From contig JAEOTA010000078.1 of the NCBI GenBank assembly GCA_016840085.1, positions 13,446-77,445 on the forward strand: 64,000 nucleotides of DNA. Reading direction: 5' to 3'. Below the pieces are notes generated by a model, which saw only the letters and a program-made list of their open reading frames with translations, had not been told where the DNA came from and did no database searches. Shown piece by piece: positions 39,914-50,113 of this stretch (the stretch's first letter is position 1; each line of letters begins with the position of its first letter). This stretch comes from Promethearchaeota archaeon (lineage in GTDB: Archaea; Asgardarchaeota; Lokiarchaeia; Sigyniarchaeales; SOKP01). The translations under genes were made by a program, and so were the position numbers.

Positions 39914-41317
39914 TTACTGTTTAAATGCTTCAACTTTTTTTTCATGTATCTTTATTAAATTTAGACGCATTTCTTCTAAGTTTTTACCATATAATGGGAA
40001 AAATTTGAAACTAATCAAGCCGATAAGACTCATTATCGATTGAACAATGAAAAATAAGAATTTAATACCAGTTATTGCCATTTCTGTTTGATAAGGAGCA
40101 TTTCGGACAAACCCAAATAATAATAATGTAGATGTGCCAATTATTGGCCCAAGGCTTTCTGCTATTTTAATAAAAAATGCATTAGTACCCAAAATCATAC
40201 CTTCCCTGCGCTTACCATGATTAACTTCGTCATTATCAGTAACTAACATCATTATAGGATAATCAAAAAGAATATAACCGTTCAATACTGTACCTATTAC
40301 AAGAAAAACCCATATCAAAAAGTCTAATCCTGGCAGAAGCAATATCAGAAATGCAATTATATTTAATGAAATTTGAATAACACGCCCCCTAATTACTAAT
40401 TTCTTCATATCATACTTCTGAGATAATTTCTTGTAAATAGCAAATCCAACTAAGGCTATAAATGTAGTAATGATATAATATAGAAACGAGAGTGTTAAAA
40501 TATCAACTTCGAATATATAGAAATACGCAAAAACGAAACCTAATGTTAGTGAAAGATTTAAGTGGTTAAAGCATCTAAAGAGAGTCATAGTAATGAAAGA
40601 TTTTGATTTTACAACTTCTTTTAAAGCTTTCCCTAACGGAAGAACCTCTTGATCTACATATAATTCAGGTCGTTCTCTAAGGTTTGTCCCAACAAGAAAA
40701 TAACAAACCCCGCAAATTACAGCGCATACTCCCGCGAATATTTGAAAATAAATCAATCCTAAATCATAAATTAAAAAAGCTAAAAGAACAGGAAATGCCC
40801 CTATTACTAAAAATATTTGATTAAATAATGCTAATTTATTTCTTTCTTCTAAGTTTTCTGTCAATTCTGGCAATAATGCCAACCATACTAACCATACAAG
40901 CGTGAGAAGCATATCAAAAGCACAAATACTTAATACAAAATGGATAAAAATTAAAATTTGATTTGTATAAGTCCAAGGAAACCACATCATAAAAAATACA
41001 ATTACCCATAGGATTCCTCCCCATTTGATATATATTAACCTTCTGCTGCCCCATCGTTCAAAGTTTGTCTTATCACTTAATCTGCCGAAATAAAAGTCGT
41101 TGAGTGAATTAATAATAGCATAAATAATTAGACCAAGAGAGAAGAAAATTTGGAGAAGGCCTAAATCATCCCAGAAAAAGTTTATATAAGTTAATCCAAA
41201 GATCCCTGATAAGATAGTATTCGGGAGATTTGCTAAAGAATAATATAATCGTTCTTTTTTTGTTAAATTAAAAGTATCTCCATCCCTAGAAATAATTGTA
41301 TACTTAGAATCTTCCAT
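39914..41317 (-). CDS. MFS transporter, glycoside-pentoside-hexuronide (MelB-like) type
   Basis: Multi-TM; GRLSDKT..WGSRR, LLPELT, GKRREG. Confidence 0.85.
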   Translation of the reverse strand: MEDSKYTIISRDGDTFNLTKKERLYYSLANLPNTILSGIFGLTYINFFWDDLGLLQIFFSLGLIIYAIINSLNDFYFGRLSDKTNFERWGSRRLIYIKWGGILWVIVFFMMWFPWTYTNQILIFIHFVLSICAFDMLLTLVWLVWLALLPELTENLEERNKLALFNQIFLVIGAFPVLLAFLIYDLGLIYFQIFAGVCAVICGVCYFLVGTNLRERPELYVDQEVLPLGKALKEVVKSKSFITMTLFRCFNHLNLSLTLGFVFAYFYIFEVDILTLSFLYYIITTFIALVGFAIYKKLSQKYDMKKLVIRGRVIQISLNIIAFLILLLPGLDFLIWVFLVIGTVLNGYILFDYPIMMLVTDNDEVNHGKRREGMILGTNAFFIKIAESLGPIIGTSTLLLFGFVRNAPYQTEMAITGIKFLFFIVQSIMSLIGLISFKFFPLYGKNLEEMRLNLIKIHEKKVEAFKQ

Positions 41318-41504
41318 ATTGTTTTCAAACTAGATTGAAAGTATTATTACAAATTTTTTATTACTTTTAAACGTTAATGCTCAAAAGCGATAATAATGTG
41401 TGTTTTTATTGAAAGAGATTATTTTAAAGGATGTGTTTGATCCAAATTATAAAAGAAAAGATCTAAAAAAAAGGAGTTAAAAAGAAAAAAATGCAATTTT
41501 TCAT

Positions 41505-41855
41505 TTATTTTATTCTTTTGATGATAAGAAGACCTATAGCTAAGATACAGCCAATTATACTCCAGATTATAGCAACCCACAGCCAGACTAATATATTACC
41601 CGGGAAGAAAGGATAAAATATCCAAAGAAGTACTAAGATAACTGCCCAAAAAACTCCAATTATTTTTACATTTTTTTTACTCTCACTCATGAAAAATATT
41701 GAACCAATTACTCCACCAATTATGCTCCAGATTATCGCCAACCACATCCAAAAAAATATATCACCGGGATAGAAAGGATAGGAAATCCACAAAAATACTA
41801 AAATGACTACCCAAATAATTCCAAATATTTTTTTTGTTTTTTCTATATCTGCCAT
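41505..41855 (-). CDS. Small 4-TM membrane protein built from two internal repeats
   Basis: GxxWxVILVxLWIxYPFxPGxIxxWxWxAIIWSIIG occurs twice. Confidence 0.75.
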   Translation of the reverse strand: MADIEKTKKIFGIIWVVILVFLWISYPFYPGDIFFWMWLAIIWSIIGGVIGSIFFMSESKKNVKIIGVFWAVILVLLWIFYPFFPGNILVWLWVAIIWSIIGCILAIGLLIIKRIK

Positions 41856-41932
41856 TTTATCTAGCACCAAATTATTATTATTATATTAAATTTCTAAATA
41901 TTTAAAATTGATATTTTTAAGTTGATTAATTA

Positions 41933-42706
41933 TTAAAGTATTCTATCATCCAAAATTACTTCTACTAATTTATGGACTGATAATAAACTAAGTGAATTTT
42001 CAGGGATATCGATTAGAGGTAAACCTTTTGAATCAAATTCAACAATATTATCATCCTCTGGAATTCTTGCTAGGAGGGGTAAATTAAGTTCTTCAAGTTT
42101 TTTAATTATAGAATCAACATTTCCTTTAACTTTATTTAGGATAACTCCTAATTTTTTATAGTTAGTAAACTTCTTAGCACTTTTACGTATGCTATTCGCA
42201 GTCTCTATACTTCTAATTGAAATATCTGAAACAATTAATAGAATATCGACTGATTTTATAACCATTCGGTTGATTTGTTCCAGACCAGCCTCACAATCTA
42301 TTAAAATTAAATCAAAATCTTTAGAGATTGACTCAATTACCTTTCGTAAAAGAGCATTTGAGGGACAAAAGCAACCAGGCCCTTCTGGCTGCCCAATAGA
42401 AAACAGACTAAAATCTTTACTTTCAGCAAGGGCATTATAAACTTCAAAATCAATGTTTCTTGCTAAATCTTGAACAGATTTTTTCTTTGTCAAGGTTTTA
42501 TCTATAACTTCGGTTCTAATATTTTCAAGACTTCTTGTTGGAATAAGATTAACCATATAACTCAAGTGTGGATGCGTAGGATCAGCATCAATTAAAAGCA
42601 TTTTATAATTATATTTTCCCATAATGCTTTTTGCTAGTAGGGTTGTAATAACCGTTTTGCCAGATCCTCCTTTTCCAACAACTGCAATAACAATTCTATT
42701 TTCCAA
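41933..42706 (-). CDS. cooC: CooC/AcsF family nickel-insertion ATPase
   Basis: GKGGSGKT, IDADP, GPGCFC (CxC), DCEAGLE. Confidence 0.88.
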   Translation of the reverse strand: MENRIVIAVVGKGGSGKTVITTLLAKSIMGKYNYKMLLIDADPTHPHLSYMVNLIPTRSLENIRTEVIDKTLTKKKSVQDLARNIDFEVYNALAESKDFSLFSIGQPEGPGCFCPSNALLRKVIESISKDFDLILIDCEAGLEQINRMVIKSVDILLIVSDISIRSIETANSIRKSAKKFTNYKKLGVILNKVKGNVDSIIKKLEELNLPLLARIPEDDNIVEFDSKGLPLIDIPENSLSLLSVHKLVEVILDDRIL

Positions 42707-43487
42707 TTTTTTCTCTCTCTACTAAAACTTGTTTAATATCATAACATTCTTCTTGATAAGGACATATTTCACATCCCCAATCATAGTCACAATCGATTCT
42801 TTTTTTCCAATCTTCGATTTTTTTTAACCATTTTTCATTTATTGATGTAGTAATTTCAGATGTAATTTTGATAGACTCATCTATTAACTCTGGATAAGAA
42901 TTGATAAAAAAAATCTCCATTAATTCAATTAAACTCTTAAATTTCTCCTTGTATAAATGAAAAACAGCATTTCCTAAAAATTCAAAAGTAAAATTCTTGA
43001 TAACATGCTCACTTATTCTACACCAAAATTTTCTGGGAATGGTTCTTATCATAAAACCATCTATTCCATTAGAAATGAAATTAAATTGCTTGAGGGAATC
43101 CCAGTTATTTTCATTGATATTCTCACCACCTATAAGAATTATCATCCCAAAATCGATTGTGCGATCAGAAATATCTTTAATTTCAGGCCCGATTAATGTT
43201 ATCCTATCTTTTTTTATATATTTACTAAAATCAGAATTAGAGAAGGGATAAACTAAAGAAAAAGATTTCTTTTTAAAGCCACCTAGTTCAAGCTTAGTTT
43301 CCTCTTGAAGTATTATATCTTTATAGTTATCTAGTCTAACTTGAATATGTAATTCTTCAAAATAATCTAATGGGCTGGATTTTCTTTCATAAATAAATAA
43401 AGATTTTCCTTTTTTAGACTCTGAGGTAATTAATTTCCTTAAATTATTAAGAACTTCCTTAAATACTTCAATTCTCATATAAGTCAT
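42696..43487 (-). CDS. Acetyl-CoA synthase beta-subunit (CdhC)-related short protein with C-terminal 4-Cys motif
   Basis: LELGG, ITLIGPEI, GFMIR...FWCRIS resemble the ACS middle domain; ends CDYDWGCEICPYQEEC; overlaps cooC. Confidence 0.6.
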   Translation of the reverse strand: MTYMRIEVFKEVLNNLRKLITSESKKGKSLFIYERKSSPLDYFEELHIQVRLDNYKDIILQEETKLELGGFKKKSFSLVYPFSNSDFSKYIKKDRITLIGPEIKDISDRTIDFGMIILIGGENINENNWDSLKQFNFISNGIDGFMIRTIPRKFWCRISEHVIKNFTFEFLGNAVFHLYKEKFKSLIELMEIFFINSYPELIDESIKITSEITTSINEKWLKKIEDWKKRIDCDYDWGCEICPYQEECYDIKQVLVEREKIGK

Positions 43488-43531
43488 ATTTCTTACTGTA
43501 AAAACTATAATTAGAAAAGATAAAATATAAT

Positions 43532-44782
43532 TTACTTTTTTATTACTTTATTTACTAACTCGGAAAGATCGAATGTTTGGATCTCATTGTTATCAATATT
43601 AGTTTTGAATTGATTTAAACAGAAGGGACAACACGATACGATCGCACTTGTTTCTGTTTCCTTTGCTTCTTTAATTCTTTCATTTGCCGCAAAACCAGAT
43701 AAGTCCTTGAATGCTGATCTCACACCGCCACCTGAACCACAGCACCACGCATTATGTCTATTTCTTGGCATTTCTATTAATTCGATTCCAGGTATTTTTT
43801 GTAATACTTCTCTTGGTTGTTCGTAAATTCCCATATGACGCCCTATATGACAAGGATCATGATAGGTTATTTTCATATTAATTCCATTAGTAAACTCGAT
43901 TTCTCCATCATTTATTTTTTGTAGTAAAAATTCAGGTAAGTGAAGAACTTCGATTCCATGATCAATTCCAAACTTTTTAGGGTATGTCTCTTTTAGGGTT
44001 CGGTAACACCCAGCACATGAAGTGATAATTTTTTCAATTCCTTCATTTTTAAAGATCTCTACATTAGTTTCGGCAATTTTTTTTGCCTTTTCTGTTTGCC
44101 CTGTCATATATACTGGAGATCCACAACAACGTTCATCATTAAGTATTTTAAAATCAACTTGAAGTGAATTCAATATTTCAGATGTAGCTTTAGCTATATT
44201 TTGCTCTCTATAACTGGTTGTGCAACCAACAAAATAAGCTAATTTTGCATTTTGAGTTTGTTTAATATCTGATGTTATCCAGTTTGTGCGCTCATTATGT
44301 TTTTCCATATAAGGATTATATTCTAATGCAACATGCTCAGAATATCTCTTTTGTTCTGGCATAGGTCCAAAACCTTTTTGAACAGCTTGTTCTCTCATTG
44401 CCATCAACCATTCTCCAGCAAAATAGTGAATTTCAGGGATCTGACATTGTTGAATACATGCTAAGCATACCGAACATTGATAAAATATATTTGCTAAGTT
44501 TTCAGTCCATTTAAGGCGATCAGACATAATAGCCCATGTAAGGAGATTCTTACCCCCAAGATAATACGCTTCAAAATTTCCAAAATCTCCTGAAGGACAT
44601 ATACGAGGCCAACCATTTTCATGATACGCGGTTCTACATGTGCCACATTTCCCACATTGGTATAACAATTCCTGATAATATTCTAAATCTTTATTCCTAT
44701 CGAGTATTTGCTGATCGGGGATATGTGTTAATTTAGATATTCCTTTATCCTTTAGATAGATATTACTTTTTTCCTCTGACAT
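43532..44782 (-). CDS. Fe-S oxidoreductase with two CCG domains (HdrD/GlpC/GlcF-like)
   Basis: CGKCGTC, CSVCLAC, RCCG, SCAGC, YHDPCH, WCCGSGGG, CPFC. Confidence 0.92.
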   Translation of the reverse strand: MSEEKSNIYLKDKGISKLTHIPDQQILDRNKDLEYYQELLYQCGKCGTCRTAYHENGWPRICPSGDFGNFEAYYLGGKNLLTWAIMSDRLKWTENLANIFYQCSVCLACIQQCQIPEIHYFAGEWLMAMREQAVQKGFGPMPEQKRYSEHVALEYNPYMEKHNERTNWITSDIKQTQNAKLAYFVGCTTSYREQNIAKATSEILNSLQVDFKILNDERCCGSPVYMTGQTEKAKKIAETNVEIFKNEGIEKIITSCAGCYRTLKETYPKKFGIDHGIEVLHLPEFLLQKINDGEIEFTNGINMKITYHDPCHIGRHMGIYEQPREVLQKIPGIELIEMPRNRHNAWCCGSGGGVRSAFKDLSGFAANERIKEAKETETSAIVSCCPFCLNQFKTNIDNNEIQTFDLSELVNKVIKK

Positions 44783-44783
44783 A

Positions 44784-46259
44784 TTAATCCCCCTCAATTC
44801 CTTGTCCTGGATTCATTATATTATTAGGATCCAGTAGTTTTTTTATTTTTTTAATTAAATCCGTTGTAGCTGGTAAGGTTTTGCTTTTATGATGTTCCAC
44901 GACCCACATAGGTGGTTTATACATTATAACACCATCCAATTCATGAACATCATCAAAAATTTCTTTCAAAATTATTCTTGCTTTTTCTATATCTTCTGGA
45001 TCGTTTTTATTAAAGCATAAATTTGCCCGAGCAACGCAATAATGACCGCCAAACATAATTCTACTATAAAATTGAGGTGGTTTATTATATTTAAGAGTTA
45101 TTTCTCTTGCAATATTATAATACCTTGCGATATCACTTGTTGAGCAATAGGAACCTATCCATTCACCACCACCACCACGAGAAAAGTTCCAACAACCCCA
45201 TGCTTGAACAGGTGTGTATCCTCCATAACCAGGAAAGATATCTAAGAAAACGCCTCTCATATCACTTGGGAAAGAATCTAAAAAATCCTTTGCAGTAGTG
45301 GGTTCAATACCAAATTCATTACATATAGTCTTTATTGCATTGCATTGTGCTTTATGTTGGTCTTCAGTATAAGCTTGAGTTGTTACTACACCTACAAAAT
45401 CCGGTAAGCCAAGTTCCACTGGATCCTTTGCAACATTTTTCTCATCAAACCCTTGAATTGCCTGACACCACCCCATGTTTACAAATACGATATCGACGAT
45501 CCCTAATCCTGCTTTCGAAAGTTTTAGCAACACAGGAACTCCTTGATCAACAGTTTGAGCCAAAATTGCAAAATCTTCTCTATATGGTAATTTTGGCCAT
45601 AATTTTACGGCTGCTTTAGTTACAATTCCAGTGGTACCCTCCCATCCAATAAACAAGCCTGCTAGATCTGGTAATGGTTGTCGACCATACCATTTATTTG
45701 AAATGCTACAAGATCCTACTCTAACTAATTCTCCAGAACCTAACACAGCTTCTAAACCATTGAGAAATTCTGCTCCGGTACCCCCTATCATCCCAAGATC
45801 AAACATTCCATAACATAAACATGAAGGAACTACACCAGTGCCTGGAGGTGAAAAAGTTATTCCTGCTCTAAAATTAGGATGATGTTTATCAAGATATCCT
45901 TTTAAATCTGCCCATGTTGTTCCTCCTTCGATTACAGCATACATATCATCTTCATTTACTTCAAGCACGCGATTCATACGTCGTAAATCTATAACAATCC
46001 CTCCTTTTCTAGGTGTAGCAATTGAACCAAAGTTTATTCCTGAAACCCACGGAACAACAGGAATTTTATATTTATTTGCTATTTTTATAATTTCTTGAAC
46101 TTCTTCAGCTTTTTCTGGCATAATGGCAATATCACATTGTCCTTCCGGCTCTGCTGTTATAAAATCATAATGATATAAAAATTGTATTTCTGGTTCATCA
46201 GATACATTTCGATCTCCAACAACTTTTCCTAGTTCGGACACAACTTTATTATTATTCAT
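44784..46259 (-). CDS. FAD-binding oxidoreductase (VAO/PCMH-GlcD superfamily)
   Basis: DLRRMNRVLEV, GLEAVLGSG, FIGWEGTTGIVTK, LDPNNIMNPG. Confidence 0.9.
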   Translation of the reverse strand: MNNNKVVSELGKVVGDRNVSDEPEIQFLYHYDFITAEPEGQCDIAIMPEKAEEVQEIIKIANKYKIPVVPWVSGINFGSIATPRKGGIVIDLRRMNRVLEVNEDDMYAVIEGGTTWADLKGYLDKHHPNFRAGITFSPPGTGVVPSCLCYGMFDLGMIGGTGAEFLNGLEAVLGSGELVRVGSCSISNKWYGRQPLPDLAGLFIGWEGTTGIVTKAAVKLWPKLPYREDFAILAQTVDQGVPVLLKLSKAGLGIVDIVFVNMGWCQAIQGFDEKNVAKDPVELGLPDFVGVVTTQAYTEDQHKAQCNAIKTICNEFGIEPTTAKDFLDSFPSDMRGVFLDIFPGYGGYTPVQAWGCWNFSRGGGGEWIGSYCSTSDIARYYNIAREITLKYNKPPQFYSRIMFGGHYCVARANLCFNKNDPEDIEKARIILKEIFDDVHELDGVIMYKPPMWVVEHHKSKTLPATTDLIKKIKKLLDPNNIMNPGQGIEGD

Positions 46260-46405
46260 TATATTATCACATACTCAAATATGATATTTTGAATTCTTAA
46301 TATTAAGTTTATTAGATGATTGAAATTAAATAACTTTCATCTTTTAGCCTTTATAAAAAAAAATAAAAACTCTGTAGATTTATTCAAATAAAGGTGATAT
46401 AGTAA

Positions 46406-47437
46406 ATGATAGAAACTAATATAACAAAGATCTTTGGATTAAAACATCCTATTTTTAGTGCTCCTATGGGACCTTTTTTCACACGCGAATTGGCTCTTGC
46501 CGTTAGCGAAGCTGGTGGCTTGGGTGTGTTATCAAATGTAAATATAATTGGGACGGATCCTGTCGAAGAACACAAAGCAAGCTTAGAATATATGGTTGAA
46601 CATACTGATAAACCATTCGGACTCAATATCCTTACATCCCGTAATAATCGAGGGGTAAGACAAATGGTTAGACAATTGCCCAAAATAGTCTTGAATAATC
46701 CAAAAATGAGGGATCAATGTAAATATTGGCTAACTTCTGCTGGATCTTCAAAAATACTTCCAGAATCTAAATCCTTCCAAGAATTACGCGAAAATTCAGA
46801 AGTAAAACACTTTCATGTGGCACCAGCCGTTTGGTTAGCCCAAAAATGCATAGATGCTAAAGTAGACGGATTAGTCTGTACTGGTACTGAAGGAGGAGGT
46901 CATCAATCTTATGAAAAGGTTTCAACGCTTGTATTACTTCAACAACTTAATAAAACATTTCCTGACTTACCCAAGATAGCATGTGGAGGCTTTGCTACGG
47001 GTGAGGGTTTAGTAGCAGCTTTATCGTTAGGAGCGGGAGCAATAGCCATGGGTTCGCGATTTATTGCCTCCAAGCAAAGTGAATTTCATGACAAATATAA
47101 ATCGTTAGTACCTCCAGGTAAACCACAGGATACGAGCCTTTACACGGGAGCATTTGGTCCTATTCGTTTATACAAAAATAAGTATGCTTTATCACATCCG
47201 GCACCCAGTAGTAAAGAGGAGATGATAACTTATGAACAATCTATTACTCCCGAGCAAAGGGTACATGACTTAGGAGCTTACGATAGGGTATATGAAGGTG
47301 ATATCGAGACTGGAGCTGTATTGCTTGGTCAATCAATTGGTATTATTGACAGTATTGATGATGTCAATGATATTATTGAAACAATAATAAAACAAGCAGA
47401 AATCATAATCAAAAAGAATTATACTATGATAAAATAA
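46406..47437 (+). CDS. Nitronate monooxygenase / FabK-like FMN-dependent enoyl reductase
   Basis: PIFSAPMG, VSEAGGLG, GTEGGGH, MGSRFIAS, GQSIGII. Confidence 0.9.
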   Translation: MIETNITKIFGLKHPIFSAPMGPFFTRELALAVSEAGGLGVLSNVNIIGTDPVEEHKASLEYMVEHTDKPFGLNILTSRNNRGVRQMVRQLPKIVLNNPKMRDQCKYWLTSAGSSKILPESKSFQELRENSEVKHFHVAPAVWLAQKCIDAKVDGLVCTGTEGGGHQSYEKVSTLVLLQQLNKTFPDLPKIACGGFATGEGLVAALSLGAGAIAMGSRFIASKQSEFHDKYKSLVPPGKPQDTSLYTGAFGPIRLYKNKYALSHPAPSSKEEMITYEQSITPEQRVHDLGAYDRVYEGDIETGAVLLGQSIGIIDSIDDVNDIIETIIKQAEIIIKKNYTMIK

Positions 47438-47490
47438 GAAATAAATTACACTTTTAATTAACTATTTATTTTTTTACTCTCTTCTATATT

Positions 47491-48780
47491 TTACAGTAAA
47501 GTTTGAGCGAATAATTTAATTTTTTCACGTATAATTTTTTCTGATGTAAATCGAGCATCACCAACATCTAAATCAACTAATAACATAGGAATTCCAACCT
47601 CCTCTCTTAAGGCTTCGCGTAAAATTTGAGGAACACTCCCAAATTGTTTACATCCTATATGAGAAGTGAAAATAAAACAATCTGCTGAAAAATCTTTTGC
47701 TAATTGAACACAATTTTCTATAAAAGGATAATAAAATTCAGCACTTTGTTTGGTCATTGGAGCTTCCATTGCTTTTTTCGCCATTCCATAAAATAAAGTC
47801 TCTAAATCTGATTTAGTATTAATAGGATCTGCAAAATTGTAATTGAAAATATCAAATAGGATCGACATGCCAAGAGAACGATCTAACCACTCACATAGAC
47901 CTAAGTCAAAAAAAACAATCATATAAGGCCAAATACTTCGTATTCTTTCTTCTCCAGCATGATGCTCTTTCTTTTTATATCTGTTCTTTGCTATTTCTAC
48001 CATACTTTTATAGAACTCAAGTTTTTCTTCTCGGCCAGCCAAATATATTTGAGCTGCTGCAGACATAACATTAAACATATTCTCTACAGGGCATGGATTT
48101 GCTTTCTTCAATTCAAATATTTCTAATTGAAGATTAGTTGATTGATTTTCTAATTCTAAAACTCTCCTTAATTTTTGATAGTCAGGTTCTTGGTTAATTA
48201 TATTTCCTATTTTTTCTAATCCCAATCTAATTTGCTCAGCATGATAATGATAACTTTTTTCTGCTTTAAGAAACGGCAAATCTGGAGCTATTAAAGGAAT
48301 TTTTTTATGATATTTGAAAAAAGGGTAAGAAGCATATGTGTTATCGCATGGGGCAGTTGGAGTGATAATGGCATCAAATTTAAACAAATCATCAAGGGTC
48401 ATTCCCATTGTGCCTTTTTGAGAAGTGCAAGTATGAAAAGGATGACCCCAATGAGTTATCAAATCATAATATGGCTCAGAACCATTTGGTAATAATGCAG
48501 CTAATAAATATGACGTTGCTTCAATACAAACGGGTACACAATCAAAACAATACAAATATTCTGTTGGAAATGAGAAATGATGGCCAATAATAGGTAATCC
48601 CTCTCCAGATTTCTTAATAAAATCTTCAATAACTGATTTAATAGATCCTAACCCTAAGTTTAAAGAGGGTATTCCATGTTCTGGGAGGATTCCATCAACC
48701 AATCCACGAGTATAAGATATTGCTTCGTATAGCATTTTATATGGGATAATTCGATTTTCCATTTCAATTCTATTAACCAT
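47491..48780 (-). CDS. 2-hydroxyacyl-CoA dehydratase family subunit (HgdA/FldB/BcrB-like)
   Basis: HTCTSQKG, TAPCD, HIGCKQ, DVGDARF three-Cys pattern. Confidence 0.85.
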   Translation of the reverse strand: MVNRIEMENRIIPYKMLYEAISYTRGLVDGILPEHGIPSLNLGLGSIKSVIEDFIKKSGEGLPIIGHHFSFPTEYLYCFDCVPVCIEATSYLLAALLPNGSEPYYDLITHWGHPFHTCTSQKGTMGMTLDDLFKFDAIITPTAPCDNTYASYPFFKYHKKIPLIAPDLPFLKAEKSYHYHAEQIRLGLEKIGNIINQEPDYQKLRRVLELENQSTNLQLEIFELKKANPCPVENMFNVMSAAAQIYLAGREEKLEFYKSMVEIAKNRYKKKEHHAGEERIRSIWPYMIVFFDLGLCEWLDRSLGMSILFDIFNYNFADPINTKSDLETLFYGMAKKAMEAPMTKQSAEFYYPFIENCVQLAKDFSADCFIFTSHIGCKQFGSVPQILREALREEVGIPMLLVDLDVGDARFTSEKIIREKIKLFAQTLL

Positions 48781-48806
48781 ATTTCTGTTCCAGTTTCATA
48801 TTATTT

Positions 48807-50096
48807 TTAAATTAATGTTTGTACAAACATACTAATTTTTTCTTTAAATGTCTTTAAAGAAGTCATTCTCGCATCTCCAGCATCAAATTCAATTAATAAC
48901 ATCGGAATTCCAACTTCATCTCTTAATGCTTCTCTTAGGAGTTGAGGAACAGAACCAAATTGTTTACAGGCAATACTTTGAGTGTATATAAAACAGTCTG
49001 CAGAAAAATCCTTAGCAAAATTCACACAATAATCAATAAAAGGTTCAAAAAATTCAGTAGATTGCTTTACCATAGAGAAATCCATCCCTTTTTTACTCAT
49101 ACCTAAGAACATAGTATCTAAATCAGAGTTAGTATCAATAGGATCTGCAAAATTATAATTAAATATATCAAATAAAACGCTAAGACCTAAATTTCTATCC
49201 AACCATTCCATTAAATCAATGGAGAACCATGTTATCATGTAAGGCCAAATTGATCTTACTCGTTCTTCTCCTCCATAATGCTCATTATTTTTATACCGGG
49301 TTTTGGTTATTTCTAACATTTCTTTATGAAAGGCTAGATTTTCAGGAGTACCTCCGATAAATATGTAGGATCCTGCTGAAGAAGGATTGTACATATTTTC
49401 AACGGGACTTGGTGTAGCTTTAATCAACTCAAAAATCTCGAATTTTATTCTATTAACTTGATTTTCAAGTTCTATTGCTTCTTTTAGTTTTTTAAAATCT
49501 GGTTCTTGACCAATTATTTTACCGAGATGTGATAATCCTAATTTAAGCTGATCAGCATAATAATAATAGCTTTTTTCTTGGTGCAGAAAAGGTAGATCAA
49601 CCATAATAAGAGGATAATTTTCTTTATATTTGAAAAAAGGATACGATGCAATAGTACAATCACAAGGAGCCGTAGGGCTGATTAAAGCATCAAATTTAAA
49701 CAAATCATCCAAAGACATTCCCATCGCTCCTTTTTGCGATGTGCAAGTATGAAATGGATGACCCCAATTATTCATGAGATCATAATAATATTCTGATCCA
49801 CCTGCTAAAAATGTCGCCAAGAAATACGAGGTAGCTTCTAGACACACAGGAACACAATCGAAACACAAAAGATATTCAACGGGGAAAGAAAAATGATATC
49901 CAACAATAGGAAGCCCTTCTTCTGCTTTTTCAATATATCGAGTTAAAACGGATTCAACTTTATTGAGAACAATTCTTAATGAAGGAACCCCATTTTCTGG
50001 TAGAATTCTTTCTATTAATTCTCGAGTTGTAGATGTAGCTTTCAATAACATTCTATAAGGGATAATTCGATTGAGATTTTCACTCTTGTTAACTAT
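48807..50096 (-). CDS. 2-hydroxyacyl-CoA dehydratase family subunit (close paralogue of 47491-48780)
   Basis: HTCTSQKG, TAPCD, IACKQ; inferred ATA start 50096 by alignment with the paralogue N-terminus. Confidence 0.85.
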   Translation of the reverse strand: MVNKSENLNRIIPYRMLLKATSTTRELIERILPENGVPSLRIVLNKVESVLTRYIEKAEEGLPIVGYHFSFPVEYLLCFDCVPVCLEATSYFLATFLAGGSEYYYDLMNNWGHPFHTCTSQKGAMGMSLDDLFKFDALISPTAPCDCTIASYPFFKYKENYPLIMVDLPFLHQEKSYYYYADQLKLGLSHLGKIIGQEPDFKKLKEAIELENQVNRIKFEIFELIKATPSPVENMYNPSSAGSYIFIGGTPENLAFHKEMLEITKTRYKNNEHYGGEERVRSIWPYMITWFSIDLMEWLDRNLGLSVLFDIFNYNFADPIDTNSDLDTMFLGMSKKGMDFSMVKQSTEFFEPFIDYCVNFAKDFSADCFIYTQSIACKQFGSVPQLLREALRDEVGIPMLLIEFDAGDARMTSLKTFKEKISMFVQTLI

Positions 50097-50113
50097 ACTC
50101 TACCACCTTATTT

